Shown piece by piece: positions 55,427 through 64,000 of a DNA stretch of 64,000 nucleotides. A model generated the notes under the pieces. It saw nothing but the letters and a program-made list of their open reading frames with translations, made no database searches and was not told the origin of the DNA. The stretch is from NCBI GenBank assembly GCA_023248155.1, contig JAHFFE010000003.1:212159-276158 (forward strand), given 5' to 3'. Position numbers and translations under genes: made by a program. Numbering within the stretch: position 1 is the first letter of the stretch; each line of letters starts with the position of its first letter. The DNA comes from Candidatus Omnitrophota bacterium (GTDB taxonomy: Bacteria > Omnitrophota > Gorgyraeia > 1-14-0-20-64-10).

Positions 55427-56767
55427 CTACCGGCGCCCACGCACCCGGCCCTGACCCAAAAATCCTTCGTAGTTGCGCGTCAACAAAAACGATTCCATCT
55501 GCCGGATCGTATCCAGCAAAACACCCACGATGATCAGCAAGCTGGTTCCGCCGAAGAAGCTGGCCACCAGCGCCGGGATTCCCAGCCATCGGCCGATAAA
55601 ATCAGGTAACACCGCCAGAATCGCCAGAAAAATGGCGCCCGGTAGCGTAATGCGCGTTAACAACCGGTCGAAAAATTCCGCCGTCGGCCGGCCAGGCCGT
55701 ACACCCGGAATAAAACCGCCAAACTTCTTCATGTTGTCGGCGACATCCACCGGATTAAACGCAATAGCCGTGTAGAAATAAGCAAAAAAGACAATCAGCG
55801 TCGAATATAAAATCGTGTACAGCCACTGCCCGCGCGTCAGCCAGTGCGCGACCTTGCCCAAAAATCCGATTCCGGTAAATGCCGCCAGCGTCGCCGGAAA
55901 CATAATGATCGACTGCGCGAAAATAATCGGCATCACGCCGGCGTGGTTCACGCGGATCGGAATGTAGGTCGACTGGCCTCCATAGACCTTGCGACCGACC
56001 ATCCGCCGCGCGTACTGCACCGGAACACGCCGCTGTCCCTGCGTAATCGCCACGACGGCCATCACGACGATAATCAGCATCGCCAACATCACCACCAATG
56101 TGATCGGCTGAATCTGCCTCTGCCCGCCGACCGAAAGCATTACCAGCTGATGTACGGCGGTCGGCAAACGCGACACGATACCGGCCGTGATCAAGATCGA
56201 CATACCGTTGCCAATGCCCAGCGCCGTAATCTGCTCGCCCAGCCACATGATAAAAGCAGTTCCGCTGGCCAGCGTAATGATCGTCAATAAACGAAAACCC
56301 CATCCGGGATCCTGCACCATCAAAACACCGTTAAAGCTGTGCGGGTTCTCCAGCCAAAGGCTGATAAAGAACGCCTGCAAAATACCCAGCCCGATTGTCA
56401 AATAGCGCGAATACTGGTTGATATTCCGGCGGCCGATCTCGCCATCTTCCTTGGCCATCTGTTCCAACCGCGGAATCACAACCACCAGCAACTGCATAAT
56501 GATCGACGCCGAAATTGCCGGCATGATGCCCAGCGCGAAAATCGTCATCTGCGATAATCCGCCGCCGCTGAACAGGTCCATGACCGTGAACAGCGTGCCG
56601 CCCATCTGCTGGCCCATCCGCTCAAAGAACGCTTTCAGCGACTGAACGTCAACGCCCGGAACCGGAATAAATCCGCCGAAACGGTACACGGCCATCAGCC
56701 CCAGCGTAATCAACAAACGACGCCGGAGTTCCGGAATCTTAAAACTGTTGAAGAGGGCTTTGAACAT
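55427..56767 (-). CDS. secY: Preprotein translocase SecY
   Basis: LGEQIT..GIGNG, IPGVRPG, GGTSLLI. Confidence 0.98.
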   Translation of the reverse strand: MFKALFNSFKIPELRRRLLITLGLMAVYRFGGFIPVPGVDVQSLKAFFERMGQQMGGTLFTVMDLFSGGGLSQMTIFALGIMPAISASIIMQLLVVVIPRLEQMAKEDGEIGRRNINQYSRYLTIGLGILQAFFISLWLENPHSFNGVLMVQDPGWGFRLLTIITLASGTAFIMWLGEQITALGIGNGMSILITAGIVSRLPTAVHQLVMLSVGGQRQIQPITLVVMLAMLIIVVMAVVAITQGQRRVPVQYARRMVGRKVYGGQSTYIPIRVNHAGVMPIIFAQSIIMFPATLAAFTGIGFLGKVAHWLTRGQWLYTILYSTLIVFFAYFYTAIAFNPVDVADNMKKFGGFIPGVRPGRPTAEFFDRLLTRITLPGAIFLAILAVLPDFIGRWLGIPALVASFFGGTSLLIIVGVLLDTIRQMESFLLTRNYEGFLGQGRVRGRR

Positions 56768-57210
56768 TAAGCGATCTGTTCGACCGTTCCGCCTGCCTTG
56801 GAAATTTTCTCCAGCGCGGATTTGGAAAACGAATTCGCTTTAACGGTCAGCTTTTTCGTCAAATCCCCGTTGCCCAGAATTTTCACTGAAAAACGGGAGG
56901 CTGAAATCAAACCGCTCTGCGCCATCAACGTCGGATCGACGACCGATCCGGCCGGAAAACGGTTCAATGATTCAATGTTCACCACCTGGATCGGCTCGGC
57001 CTGATGCGCATGAAAACCGCGCTTCGGAATCCGGCGAACGAGCGGCATCTGACCGCCTTCAAAACCAGGACGATGCGTAAATCCGGAACGGGATTTCTGT
57101 CCCTTGTTTCCGCGGCCTGATGTTTTGCCATGCCCGGACGATTCTCCAAAACCCAGCCGTTTCTTGGAATGAGTCGCTCCCTTGGGAGCATGCTGATCGC
57201 TCAGTCTCAT
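56767..57210 (-). CDS. rplO: 50S ribosomal protein L15
   Basis: GKTSGRG.KGQKSR, FEGGQMPL. Confidence 0.97.
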   Translation of the reverse strand: MRLSDQHAPKGATHSKKRLGFGESSGHGKTSGRGNKGQKSRSGFTHRPGFEGGQMPLVRRIPKRGFHAHQAEPIQVVNIESLNRFPAGSVVDPTLMAQSGLISASRFSVKILGNGDLTKKLTVKANSFSKSALEKISKAGGTVEQIA

Positions 57211-57779
57211 GAGACTTCCTCCATGTCGGCATGGCGGCGCGCGATAATCACTTCCGGAGTTTCCATTCCCTGAAGACCGACCATCGTGGCGCGAACCACA
57301 TTCACCAGATTGTCCGAACCCAGCGACTTGGCCAAAATGTTTTTAATACCGGCCGCATCGCAAACCGCGCGCACGGTACCTCCGGCGATAACGCCGGTAC
57401 CGGGAGCCGCCGGCTTCAATAAAATACGGGACGCGGAATATTCACCGATCGCTTCGTGCGGAATGGTGCCCGCCTTCAAATTGACGCGGAACATCTGCTT
57501 GCGCGCCTGCATCAACCCTTTGCGGATCGCGTCGGACACTTCGTTGGCTTTGCCCAGCGCCCATCCGACCTGACCCTTCGCATCGCCGACAATCACCAGC
57601 GCGCTGAACGACATTTTCTTGCCGCCCTTCGTCACTTTCGCGACGCGGTTGATCGCCACGACTTTTTCAACAAACGGGTTCAGATCCTTCGCATCGGCAG
57701 CCCCGCCATCGCGAGAACCACCGCGGCCCGGACCGCCGCCGCGCCCACCCCTGGAACCACCTCTTGGTGCTGGACTCAT
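57207..57779 (-). CDS. rpsE: 30S ribosomal protein S5
   Basis: [23 protein letters not shown]. Confidence 0.97.
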   Translation of the reverse strand: MSPAPRGGSRGGRGGGPGRGGSRDGGAADAKDLNPFVEKVVAINRVAKVTKGGKKMSFSALVIVGDAKGQVGWALGKANEVSDAIRKGLMQARKQMFRVNLKAGTIPHEAIGEYSASRILLKPAAPGTGVIAGGTVRAVCDAAGIKNILAKSLGSDNLVNVVRATMVGLQGMETPEVIIARRHADMEEVS

Positions 57780-58144
57780 AGATCAAGACCTTTTTGTCGT
57801 GCGGCATCGGCCAGCGCTTTAATCCGGCCATGATACATGTACCCGCCGCGGTCAAAAACCACTTTCTTAATTCCGGCCGAGAGCGCCGATTCAGCGACGC
57901 GCTCGCCCAACAGTTTGGCAGCGTCCAGATTGCCGCCTTTTTTACTCTTCTTGCGAAATTCAGGATCCATCGTCGAAACCGACAGCAGCGTCTTGCCCGC
58001 CAGATCATCCACGATCTGCGCGTACATATTCAAATGGCTCCGGTGAATCACCAGGCGAGGCCGCTCCACGGTCCCACTCACCTTCTTGCGAAGGCGGATA
58101 TGCCGGCGCTTGCGCTGTGCTTCACCCTGTTGTGTCGTTGACAT
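57776..58144 (-). CDS. rplR: 50S ribosomal protein L18
   Basis: [19 protein letters not shown]. Confidence 0.97.
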   Translation of the reverse strand: MSTTQQGEAQRKRRHIRLRKKVSGTVERPRLVIHRSHLNMYAQIVDDLAGKTLLSVSTMDPEFRKKSKKGGNLDAAKLLGERVAESALSAGIKKVVFDRGGYMYHGRIKALADAARQKGLDL

Positions 58145-58145
58145 G

Positions 58146-58682
58146 TTAAGCCACCGCCTTCCCCGCCTTGCGGCGGATCACTTCGCCCTGATACTTGATG
58201 CCTTTTCCCTTGTACGGTTCAGGCTTGGCAAACGCGCGAATCCGCGCGGCCACCTGACCGACCAATTGCTTGTCGATTCCCTTGACGATCAACTGCGTCG
58301 GCTTCGGCGCATCGACCGTGATTCCCGCAGGAATCATATACACCACCGGATGCGTGAACCCGACGAACATTTCCAGTTTATTGGCGGCAACACTGGCGCG
58401 GTAACCAACGCCCGAAAGCTCCAATTCCTTCGAATAGCCTTCCAAAACACCGGTAATCATGTTCTGGACCAGCGTCCGGTGAAGTCCATGCAGCGCGCCG
58501 GTCTGCGGATCATCGGAAACCGCTTTAACGATGAAGCCGGTATCGGTCTTCTCAAACGCCAGCTGCGCCGGAATTTCGTGCGAAAGTTTTCCCTTCGGAC
58601 CTTCCACCGAAATGGTATTGCCCTGAATCTGAATCTTCGCCTGTGCCGGAACTACAATGGGTACTTTTCCTACGCGTGACAT
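58146..58682 (-). CDS. rplF: 50S ribosomal protein L6
   Basis: [19 protein letters not shown]. Confidence 0.97.
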   Translation of the reverse strand: MSRVGKVPIVVPAQAKIQIQGNTISVEGPKGKLSHEIPAQLAFEKTDTGFIVKAVSDDPQTGALHGLHRTLVQNMITGVLEGYSKELELSGVGYRASVAANKLEMFVGFTHPVVYMIPAGITVDAPKPTQLIVKGIDKQLVGQVAARIRAFAKPEPYKGKGIKYQGEVIRRKAGKAVA

Positions 58683-58700
58683 GGTTTTAAATCCTCATCC

Positions 58701-59102
58701 TTACCAAATGGTACAAATGACTTCGCCGCCCACGCCCTGCAGTCGCGCCTGCGTGTCGGTCAACACTCCCTTGGGAGTGGTCAAGATGGCCATTCCAATG
58801 CCCGAAAGAACCTTCTTCAGATCGCCCTTGCCTTTATAGATGCGCAGACCCGGCTTTGAAACCCGGCGGATATGCCGTAAAATCGGTTTGCGGTCTTTCG
58901 TATATTTCAAATAAATGCGCAGCGTTCCCTGCGGAGTTCCTTCCTCGACCAGGCGCCAGTTCTGAACGAACCCTTCGTCCTTGATGCACTCAACGATGGC
59001 AGATCCCAGCTTCGACGCTTTCACGTCGACCTGCGCCTTGCCGGCGCGGCTCGCGTTGCGGATCGCAACCAACATATCTCCAATCGGATCAGACTGACTC
59101 AT
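58701..59102 (-). CDS. rpsH: 30S ribosomal protein S8
   Basis: DPIGDML..IRNA, SKPGLR, GGEV. Confidence 0.97.
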   Translation of the reverse strand: MSQSDPIGDMLVAIRNASRAGKAQVDVKASKLGSAIVECIKDEGFVQNWRLVEEGTPQGTLRIYLKYTKDRKPILRHIRRVSKPGLRIYKGKGDLKKVLSGIGMAILTTPKGVLTDTQARLQGVGGEVICTIW

Positions 59103-59103
59103 A

Positions 59104-59292
59104 TTACCAGCTCGCTTTCGTGACACCCGGGATTTCGGCCCGGTGCGCTAATTCCCGGAAACAAATCCGGCACAGTTGAAATTTACGGTAGGTTCCGCGC
59201 GCCCGTCCGCACCGCGCACAGCGCTGATTGGTGCGGCTGCGGAAAGCCTGCTTCACGCGCTTCGATCGATTCCACTGGGCTGTTGTAGCCAT
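59104..59292 (-). CDS. rpsN: 30S ribosomal protein S14, zinc-binding type Z
   Basis: [22 protein letters not shown]. Confidence 0.96.
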   Translation of the reverse strand: MATTAQWNRSKRVKQAFRSRTNQRCARCGRARGTYRKFQLCRICFRELAHRAEIPGVTKASW

Positions 59293-59876
59293 TAAACTTG
59301 CTCCTTAAAAGGCATTCCCAGAGACTTCAGCAATTGCATCGCTTCATCACGGGATTTTGCAGTCGTACAAATGGTGACATCCATTCCCTGCGTCCGGGAA
59401 ACCTTGTCGTATTCAATCTCGGGAAAAATCAGCTGCTCGTTCAACCCGAACGAGAAATTGCCGCCCTCGTCAAATCCCTTGCGGGCATCCACGCCGCGAA
59501 AGTCGCGGATACGCGGCATCGCAACCGAAACGAGCCGGTCAAAAAATTCGTACATGCGGTAACGGCGCAGCGTCACTTTGACTCCGATCGGCTGCCCTTG
59601 TCTCAGTTTAAAGTTGGAGATCGCTTTCTTCGCGCGCGTAATAACCGGCTTCTGTCCGGCGATCAGCGCCATCTCTTCGGCGGCTTTTTCCACCAGCTTG
59701 ATATCCTGCGAAGCGGCTCCGACGCCCATGTTCAAAACGATTTTATCCAGCTTCGGAGACTGCATCGCGTTCTTGTATCCGAATTTCTTGGCCAGCTCCG
59801 GAGCGATCGTTTTGCGATACTGCTCGAGCAAGCGCGGAACTTCCAGCTTTACGGCCGGTTTCGCTGCGGTAGCCAT
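59292..59876 (-). CDS. rplE: 50S ribosomal protein L5
   Basis: [26 protein letters not shown]. Confidence 0.97.
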   Translation of the reverse strand: MATAAKPAVKLEVPRLLEQYRKTIAPELAKKFGYKNAMQSPKLDKIVLNMGVGAASQDIKLVEKAAEEMALIAGQKPVITRAKKAISNFKLRQGQPIGVKVTLRRYRMYEFFDRLVSVAMPRIRDFRGVDARKGFDEGGNFSFGLNEQLIFPEIEYDKVSRTQGMDVTICTTAKSRDEAMQLLKSLGMPFKEQV

Positions 59877-59878
59877 GA

Positions 59879-60190
59879 TTAAAAACCCTCCCCGCATTTG
59901 CGGCAGACGCGGCTCTTCGAACCGTCATTGGCCGTTTTGAAACCGACGCGCACGCCCTGGTTGCACTTCGGGCAGACCGGCATCACACGATCCAGCGGAA
60001 GACGGCTCTCTTTGCTGATAATCGCGCCCTGCGGATTTTCTTGCGATTTGCGCATCGTCTTCTTCACAAGGTTCAACCCCTCAACAATGACTTTGCCTTC
60101 ATCCGGAAATATCTTACGAACCTTCGCTTTCTTGCCGCGGTCCTTTCCGGAAATCACCACTACTTGATCATCACGCTTAACTCGAAACAT
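59879..60190 (-). CDS. rplX: 50S ribosomal protein L24
   Basis: [18 protein letters not shown]. Confidence 0.96.
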   Translation of the reverse strand: MFRVKRDDQVVVISGKDRGKKAKVRKIFPDEGKVIVEGLNLVKKTMRKSQENPQGAIISKESRLPLDRVMPVCPKCNQGVRVGFKTANDGSKSRVCRKCGEGF

Positions 60191-60193
60191 GGC

Positions 60194-60562
60194 TTAAATG
60201 GCCTCCGGGGCCAGTGAAATAATTTTGGTAAAATTTCGTTCGCGCAACTCCCGGGCTACCGGCCCGAAAATACGGGTGCCCCGGGGATTATTCTGAGCGT
60301 CAATCAACACGACCGCGTTGGCATCGAACCGGATCGATGATCCGTCGTTCCGGCGCACCGGGAACTTCGTCCGGACTACCACCGCCTTGGCCACTTCCCC
60401 TTTTTTGATCGGAGAATCCGGCGTGACTTCTTTCACATTGACGGTGATCACATCGCCAACCTCGGCCCATAATTTTCCGTGGCCGCCGACCACACCGATC
60501 ATCGACGCCTTGCGAGCGCCGCTGTTATCGGCAATTTCCAAGATAGTCCGCAGAGAAATCAT
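60194..60562 (-). CDS. rplN: 50S ribosomal protein L14
   Basis: [18 protein letters not shown]. Confidence 0.98.
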   Translation of the reverse strand: MISLRTILEIADNSGARKASMIGVVGGHGKLWAEVGDVITVNVKEVTPDSPIKKGEVAKAVVVRTKFPVRRNDGSSIRFDANAVVLIDAQNNPRGTRIFGPVARELRERNFTKIISLAPEAI

Positions 60563-60574
60563 CGAAGAATCTCC

Positions 60575-60850
60575 TTATTCCGCCAGCTCAGGACTGCTGC
60601 GAACGACTTCCAGCAGCCGCCAGCGCTTGTCCTTCGAAATCGGACGAGTTTGCTCAATGCGCACTTCATCGCCCACGCGGGTTTTGATGCCGACATTGTG
60701 CACTTTGAATTTCTTCGCGCGCCGAACGACGCGCTGATAAGTCGGGTGCCGCACCAGCCGGACCACGCGAACCACCAGCGTGTCCTTCATCTTGTCCGAC
60801 ACAACCACACCCACCATCTGCTTGTACTGTTTTGTTGCTTGCTCGCTCAT
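60575..60850 (-). CDS. rpsQ: 30S ribosomal protein S17
   Basis: GVVVSDKM.DT, TRPISK.KRW. Confidence 0.97.
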   Translation of the reverse strand: MSEQATKQYKQMVGVVVSDKMKDTLVVRVVRLVRHPTYQRVVRRAKKFKVHNVGIKTRVGDEVRIEQTRPISKDKRWRLLEVVRSSPELAE

Positions 60851-60864
60851 TAAAATTCCTCGGA

Positions 60865-61074
60865 TTACGCCTGGGTTGTTTTTTGCTTCAACGCCGTCAG
60901 CGCGCGCGCGACATCCTTGCGGATCTGCTTCGCCTTGTTCTGAACGGCCACTTTACCTTCGGCGCGCGCCATGCGCATATCAAATAGCTCCTTTTTTAAG
61001 GAACCTACCTTCTGTTTGAGCTCGTCGGCGCCCAATTCTTTAAATTCGGACGGTTTCATCTTAAGCGGCCTCAC
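60865..61074 (-). CDS. rpmC: 50S ribosomal protein L29
   Basis: ELFDMR...IRKDVAR; position between rplP and rpsQ. Confidence 0.93.
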   Translation of the reverse strand: MRPLKMKPSEFKELGADELKQKVGSLKKELFDMRMARAEGKVAVQNKAKQIRKDVARALTALKQKTTQA

Positions 61075-61477
61075 GCGTAATAAAACGGGTTTTCAACGGC
61101 AGTTTGGCCGCGGCCAGACGGAACGCGGTTTTGGCCAAATCCTGCGGAATCCCTTCGATCTCAACCAAAATTTTCCCGCGGTGAACCACGGCCACCCAGG
61201 TATCAATATCGCCCTTACCTTTACCCTGACGGGTTTCGGCCGGCTTCTTGGTGACCGATTTATCCGGAAAAACGCGCAAGTAAACTTTGCCGCCGCGGCG
61301 GACATGCCGGGTCAGCGCCACGCGGGCCGCTTCAATCTGCGTATTGGTCAGCCAGCCGTTCTCAACGACCTGCAATCCAAATTCCCCGAACGACAGCGTC
61401 GCTCCGCGCGTTGCGATACCGCGGCGCTTGTTGCGTTGTGATTTTCGGTATTTAACCCGCTTCGGCATTAATGCCAT
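61061..61477 (-). CDS. rplP: 50S ribosomal protein L16
   Basis: [22 protein letters not shown]. Confidence 0.97.
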   Translation of the reverse strand: MALMPKRVKYRKSQRNKRRGIATRGATLSFGEFGLQVVENGWLTNTQIEAARVALTRHVRRGGKVYLRVFPDKSVTKKPAETRQGKGKGDIDTWVAVVHRGKILVEIEGIPQDLAKTAFRLAAAKLPLKTRFITREAA

Positions 61478-62181
61478 TAGCTTCGAGCCTCTGCCGGAGC
61501 ATCAGCCGGCTTCGCAGCCGCTGGGGTTTCATGAACCACCGGTTTCTTGGAGAGCGCGGCCGGTTCACTCTTGTGAACCCAGCATTTGACGCCAATCCGT
61601 CCGTACGTTGTTTTCGCTTCGGCGAATCCATAATCGATGTTGGCGCGGAAAGTGCCGAGAGGAATGCTGCCCTCGCGGTAGGTTTCAACGCGCGACATTT
61701 CAGCGCCGCCCAAACGACCGGCGCAGCGAATCTTGATGCCGAGCGCACCCGAGGTCATCCCGAGCTGCAGTGCCCGCTTCATCGCGCGGCGGAAACTGAC
61801 CTGCTTCTCCAGCTGAAACGCGATATTCGCGGCCACCAACTGCGCTTCCGCAGCCGGATTCTTGATCTCTTTGATATCGATGATGATTTCGCGCTTGGTC
61901 AGCAAATGCAGTTCGGTGCGCAGCCGGTCAATATCGGCGCCGCGCCGTCCGATGATTAAACCCGGGCGGGCCGAGAAAATAATCACGCGCACCTTGCTGG
62001 CGGTCCGTTCAATGTCAATGCGGGCAACCGCCGCGCTGGCCAATTCTTTTTCCAGCTTCAGGCGGATCTTCGCATCTTCGTTCACCAGCTGCCCAAAACC
62101 CTTGCGAGTCGAAAACCAGCGTGAACTCCAGGTCCGCGTAATTCCCAGTCGATTCGCAATCGGAGAAACTTTATGCCCCAC
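61477..62181 (-). CDS. rpsC: 30S ribosomal protein S3
   Basis: GHKVSP, RPGLIIG, GRLGGAE, TTYG.IGVK. Confidence 0.97.
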   Translation of the reverse strand: MGHKVSPIANRLGITRTWSSRWFSTRKGFGQLVNEDAKIRLKLEKELASAAVARIDIERTASKVRVIIFSARPGLIIGRRGADIDRLRTELHLLTKREIIIDIKEIKNPAAEAQLVAANIAFQLEKQVSFRRAMKRALQLGMTSGALGIKIRCAGRLGGAEMSRVETYREGSIPLGTFRANIDYGFAEAKTTYGRIGVKCWVHKSEPAALSKKPVVHETPAAAKPADAPAEARS

Positions 62182-62191
62182 AGATCACTCC

Positions 62192-62530
62192 TTAACGCGC
62201 CTTCGCGTCCAGCTCGATCGTGACATGGCAGCTCTTCTTGTGAATCTGGGCTGCCCGTCCCATCGGAGCGGAGCGATATCGCTTCATCATCGGACCTTCA
62301 TCGGCCGACACATGTGAAATCACCAGTTGTCCGTCCGTCCACGACCCGTCACGCGTCGCGTTGGAAACAGCACTCTTCAAAACTTTGCTTAATGGAGCGC
62401 ACGCCGCTTTCGGCAGATTGGCCAACAGCGCCTGCGCCTGCGGAACACCAAGTCCCTTGATCATCCGCGCAACGAGCCGCATCTTCCGCGGCGCCACGCG
62501 CACAAAACGTCCTTTTGCCTTCGCAATCAT
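62192..62530 (-). CDS. rplV: 50S ribosomal protein L22
   Basis: PRKMRLVA, ADEGP.MKR. Confidence 0.96.
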   Translation of the reverse strand: MIAKAKGRFVRVAPRKMRLVARMIKGLGVPQAQALLANLPKAACAPLSKVLKSAVSNATRDGSWTDGQLVISHVSADEGPMMKRYRSAPMGRAAQIHKKSCHVTIELDAKAR

Positions 62531-62552
62531 TGGAGGTCCGTCCTAATAAAGT

Positions 62553-62840
62553 TTAGGTGGGAGAAGGAGGCTTCGTGACCCCCTTGACGCCGTGTTTCTT
62601 GAAGGTTCGCGTGGGAGAAAACTCGCCCAGCTTGTGACCCACCATGTTCTCGGTGACAAACACCGAGAGATGCTTGTTGCCGTTGTGCACCAAAAATGTC
62701 AATCCGATAAAATCCGGAATGATCGTCGAGCGGCGCGACCAGGTCTTGATCGGTTTGCGGTCTCCGGTCTTGACGACCTTGTCGACTTTCCGCATTAAAC
62801 TCGTGTCCACGAAAGGACCTTTTTTCGTTGATCGTCCCAT
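62553..62840 (-). CDS. rpsS: 30S ribosomal protein S19
   Basis: KKGPFVD, KTWSRRS, GHKLGEF. Confidence 0.98.
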   Translation of the reverse strand: MGRSTKKGPFVDTSLMRKVDKVVKTGDRKPIKTWSRRSTIIPDFIGLTFLVHNGNKHLSVFVTENMVGHKLGEFSPTRTFKKHGVKGVTKPPSPT

Positions 62841-62849
62841 AAAAAGCTA

Positions 62850-63677
62850 TTATCTCCGTCTCTTGACGATATACCGGTCGCTGGTTTTGCGCTTCTTGCG
62901 CGTCTTGAATCCCTTGGTATTCCATCCCCACGGAGAAACCGGGTGCGGATTTCCCTGCGGAGCTTTACCCTCGCCGCCGCCGTGCGGGTGATCATGCGGG
63001 TTCATCGCCACACCGCGCACCTTCGGCCGGCGTCCCAGCCAGCGCGAACGGCCCGCTTTACCGATCGAAATCGATCCATGATCCTCATTTCCGATCTGGC
63101 CGATGGTCGCGTAACAAACCAGCCGTACCTTGCGCATTTCTCCCGACGGAAGGCGCAGCGTCGCGAAATCGCCTTCTTTCGCCAGCAGCTGCGCGGAAGC
63201 TCCGGCCGAACGGACAATCTGCCCGCCTCGGCCCGGCTGTAATTCAATATTATGGATCAGCGTACCCAGCGGAATCGCCGAAAGCGGCAACGCGTTGCCC
63301 GGAGCGATCTCGGAATTGGGTCCGGCCATCACCTGCATGCCGGCGGAAAGTTCGCGCGGAGCGATAATGTAGGCGCGCTCTTTGTCCGGATATTCCAACA
63401 AAGCCAGGTGCGAAGAACGGTTCGGATCGTATTCCAGCGCAAGCACCTGCGCGACCACATCCCGCTTGTTTCGCTTAAAATCAATCAGCCGGATCATCCG
63501 TTTGTGTCCGCCGCCGATGTGGCGCATCGTCACGCGGCCGCGGTTATTGCGCCCGCCCGACTTGCGCAGAGGCACCAGCAGATTCTTCTCCGGTTCCTTC
63601 TTCGTCAAATTGCTGAAATCCGTGCTCGTCATATGACGACGCGACGGCGTATACGGCTTGTAGCTCTTCAGTCCCAT
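62850..63677 (-). CDS. rplB: 50S ribosomal protein L2
   Basis: [25 protein letters not shown]. Confidence 0.98.
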   Translation of the reverse strand: MGLKSYKPYTPSRRHMTSTDFSNLTKKEPEKNLLVPLRKSGGRNNRGRVTMRHIGGGHKRMIRLIDFKRNKRDVVAQVLALEYDPNRSSHLALLEYPDKERAYIIAPRELSAGMQVMAGPNSEIAPGNALPLSAIPLGTLIHNIELQPGRGGQIVRSAGASAQLLAKEGDFATLRLPSGEMRKVRLVCYATIGQIGNEDHGSISIGKAGRSRWLGRRPKVRGVAMNPHDHPHGGGEGKAPQGNPHPVSPWGWNTKGFKTRKKRKTSDRYIVKRRR

Positions 63678-63678
63678 G

Positions 63679-63963
63679 TTATACCGCGACCTCGATTTTC
63701 GATCCTTCCGCCAGCGTCACGACCGCCCGCTTCCAATTGGGCTTCCATCCCCAGCGCGCGCCGACGCGGCGCGGCTTGCCGGGAAGAATCGTGGTGTTGA
63801 CATTGGCGACCTTTACCTTGAACAGTTCCTCCACGGAACGCTTAATCTCCGGCTTGGTCGCTTTCGAATCTACCTTGAAAAAATATTTTTTGTGGACACC
63901 CAGGCGGGTTCCCTTTTCCGTACGCATCAATTCCTTGACGATATCGGCCGCTGAGCGATTCAT
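63679..63963 (-). CDS. rplW: 50S ribosomal protein L23
   Basis: [24 protein letters not shown]. Confidence 0.96.
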   Translation of the reverse strand: MNRSAADIVKELMRTEKGTRLGVHKKYFFKVDSKATKPEIKRSVEELFKVKVANVNTTILPGKPRRVGARWGWKPNWKRAVVTLAEGSKIEVAV

Positions 63964-64000
63964 TTCGACAACTCCTCCAACACCTTAAGCGCGCCGGATG
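63960..64000 (-). CDS. rplD: 3' end of probable 50S ribosomal protein L4 (partial)
   Basis: Reads ..[12 protein letters not shown]-stop overlapping the rplW ATG; assigned by conserved operon order. Confidence 0.7.
   Translation of the reverse strand, partial: SGALKVLEELSK

Noticed and set aside
59104-60190. Zinc-binding Cys motifs in S14 and L24
   Set aside because: Known ancestral C+ forms; not unusual
336-63954. Many long plus-strand ORFs (for example 336-1121, 24994-25800, 34822-35658, 54015-54803)
   Set aside because: Antisense shadows of well-supported minus-strand genes; no recognisable motifs
1-64000. CRISPR array, prophage, IS transposase or rRNA
   Set aside because: No regularly spaced repeats, phage or transposase proteins, or rRNA-like sequence seen

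Overview
A gene-dense, about 55% GC (by eye) bacterial chromosome segment, almost entirely encoded on the minus strand. It most likely comes from the PVC superphylum, probably Candidatus Omnitrophota (inference from the PVC-signature small basic protein, several stand-alone PilZ proteins, LPS heptose genes and the missing rpmD). The right third is the S10-spc-alpha ribosomal superoperon (rplD partial to rplQ) followed by aspC/idh/lipA and a glycolipid cluster. The middle holds a cobalamin-riboswitch-controlled uptake locus interrupted by a nested palindromic element, plus core metabolism (efp, accBC, asp23/amaP, pfkA, gmhA, rfaE2, thiD2/thiE, tRNA-Gly, dgt, aroB/aroQ, rnc, a UvrD-nuclease fusion). 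The left 22 kb is rich in c-di-GMP signalling (3 PilZ, 2 HD-GYP, 1 tandem REC) and envelope genes (ExeA/ExeB, SPOR). The most notable unexplained signal is a roughly 115-nt structured leader RNA (6005-6120, minus strand). It sits between a near-consensus sigma70 promoter and an intrinsic terminator, in front of the REC/HD-GYP/PilZ/PilZ operon, has a plausible antiterminator, and carries c-di-AMP (ydaO)-riboswitch-like motifs in circularly permuted order. It is a candidate new riboswitch class or variant. Also notable are a beta-propeller lipoprotein with a single TolC-like repeat and two MITE/REP-like palindromic element families. All calls come from reading the sequence; no searches were run.
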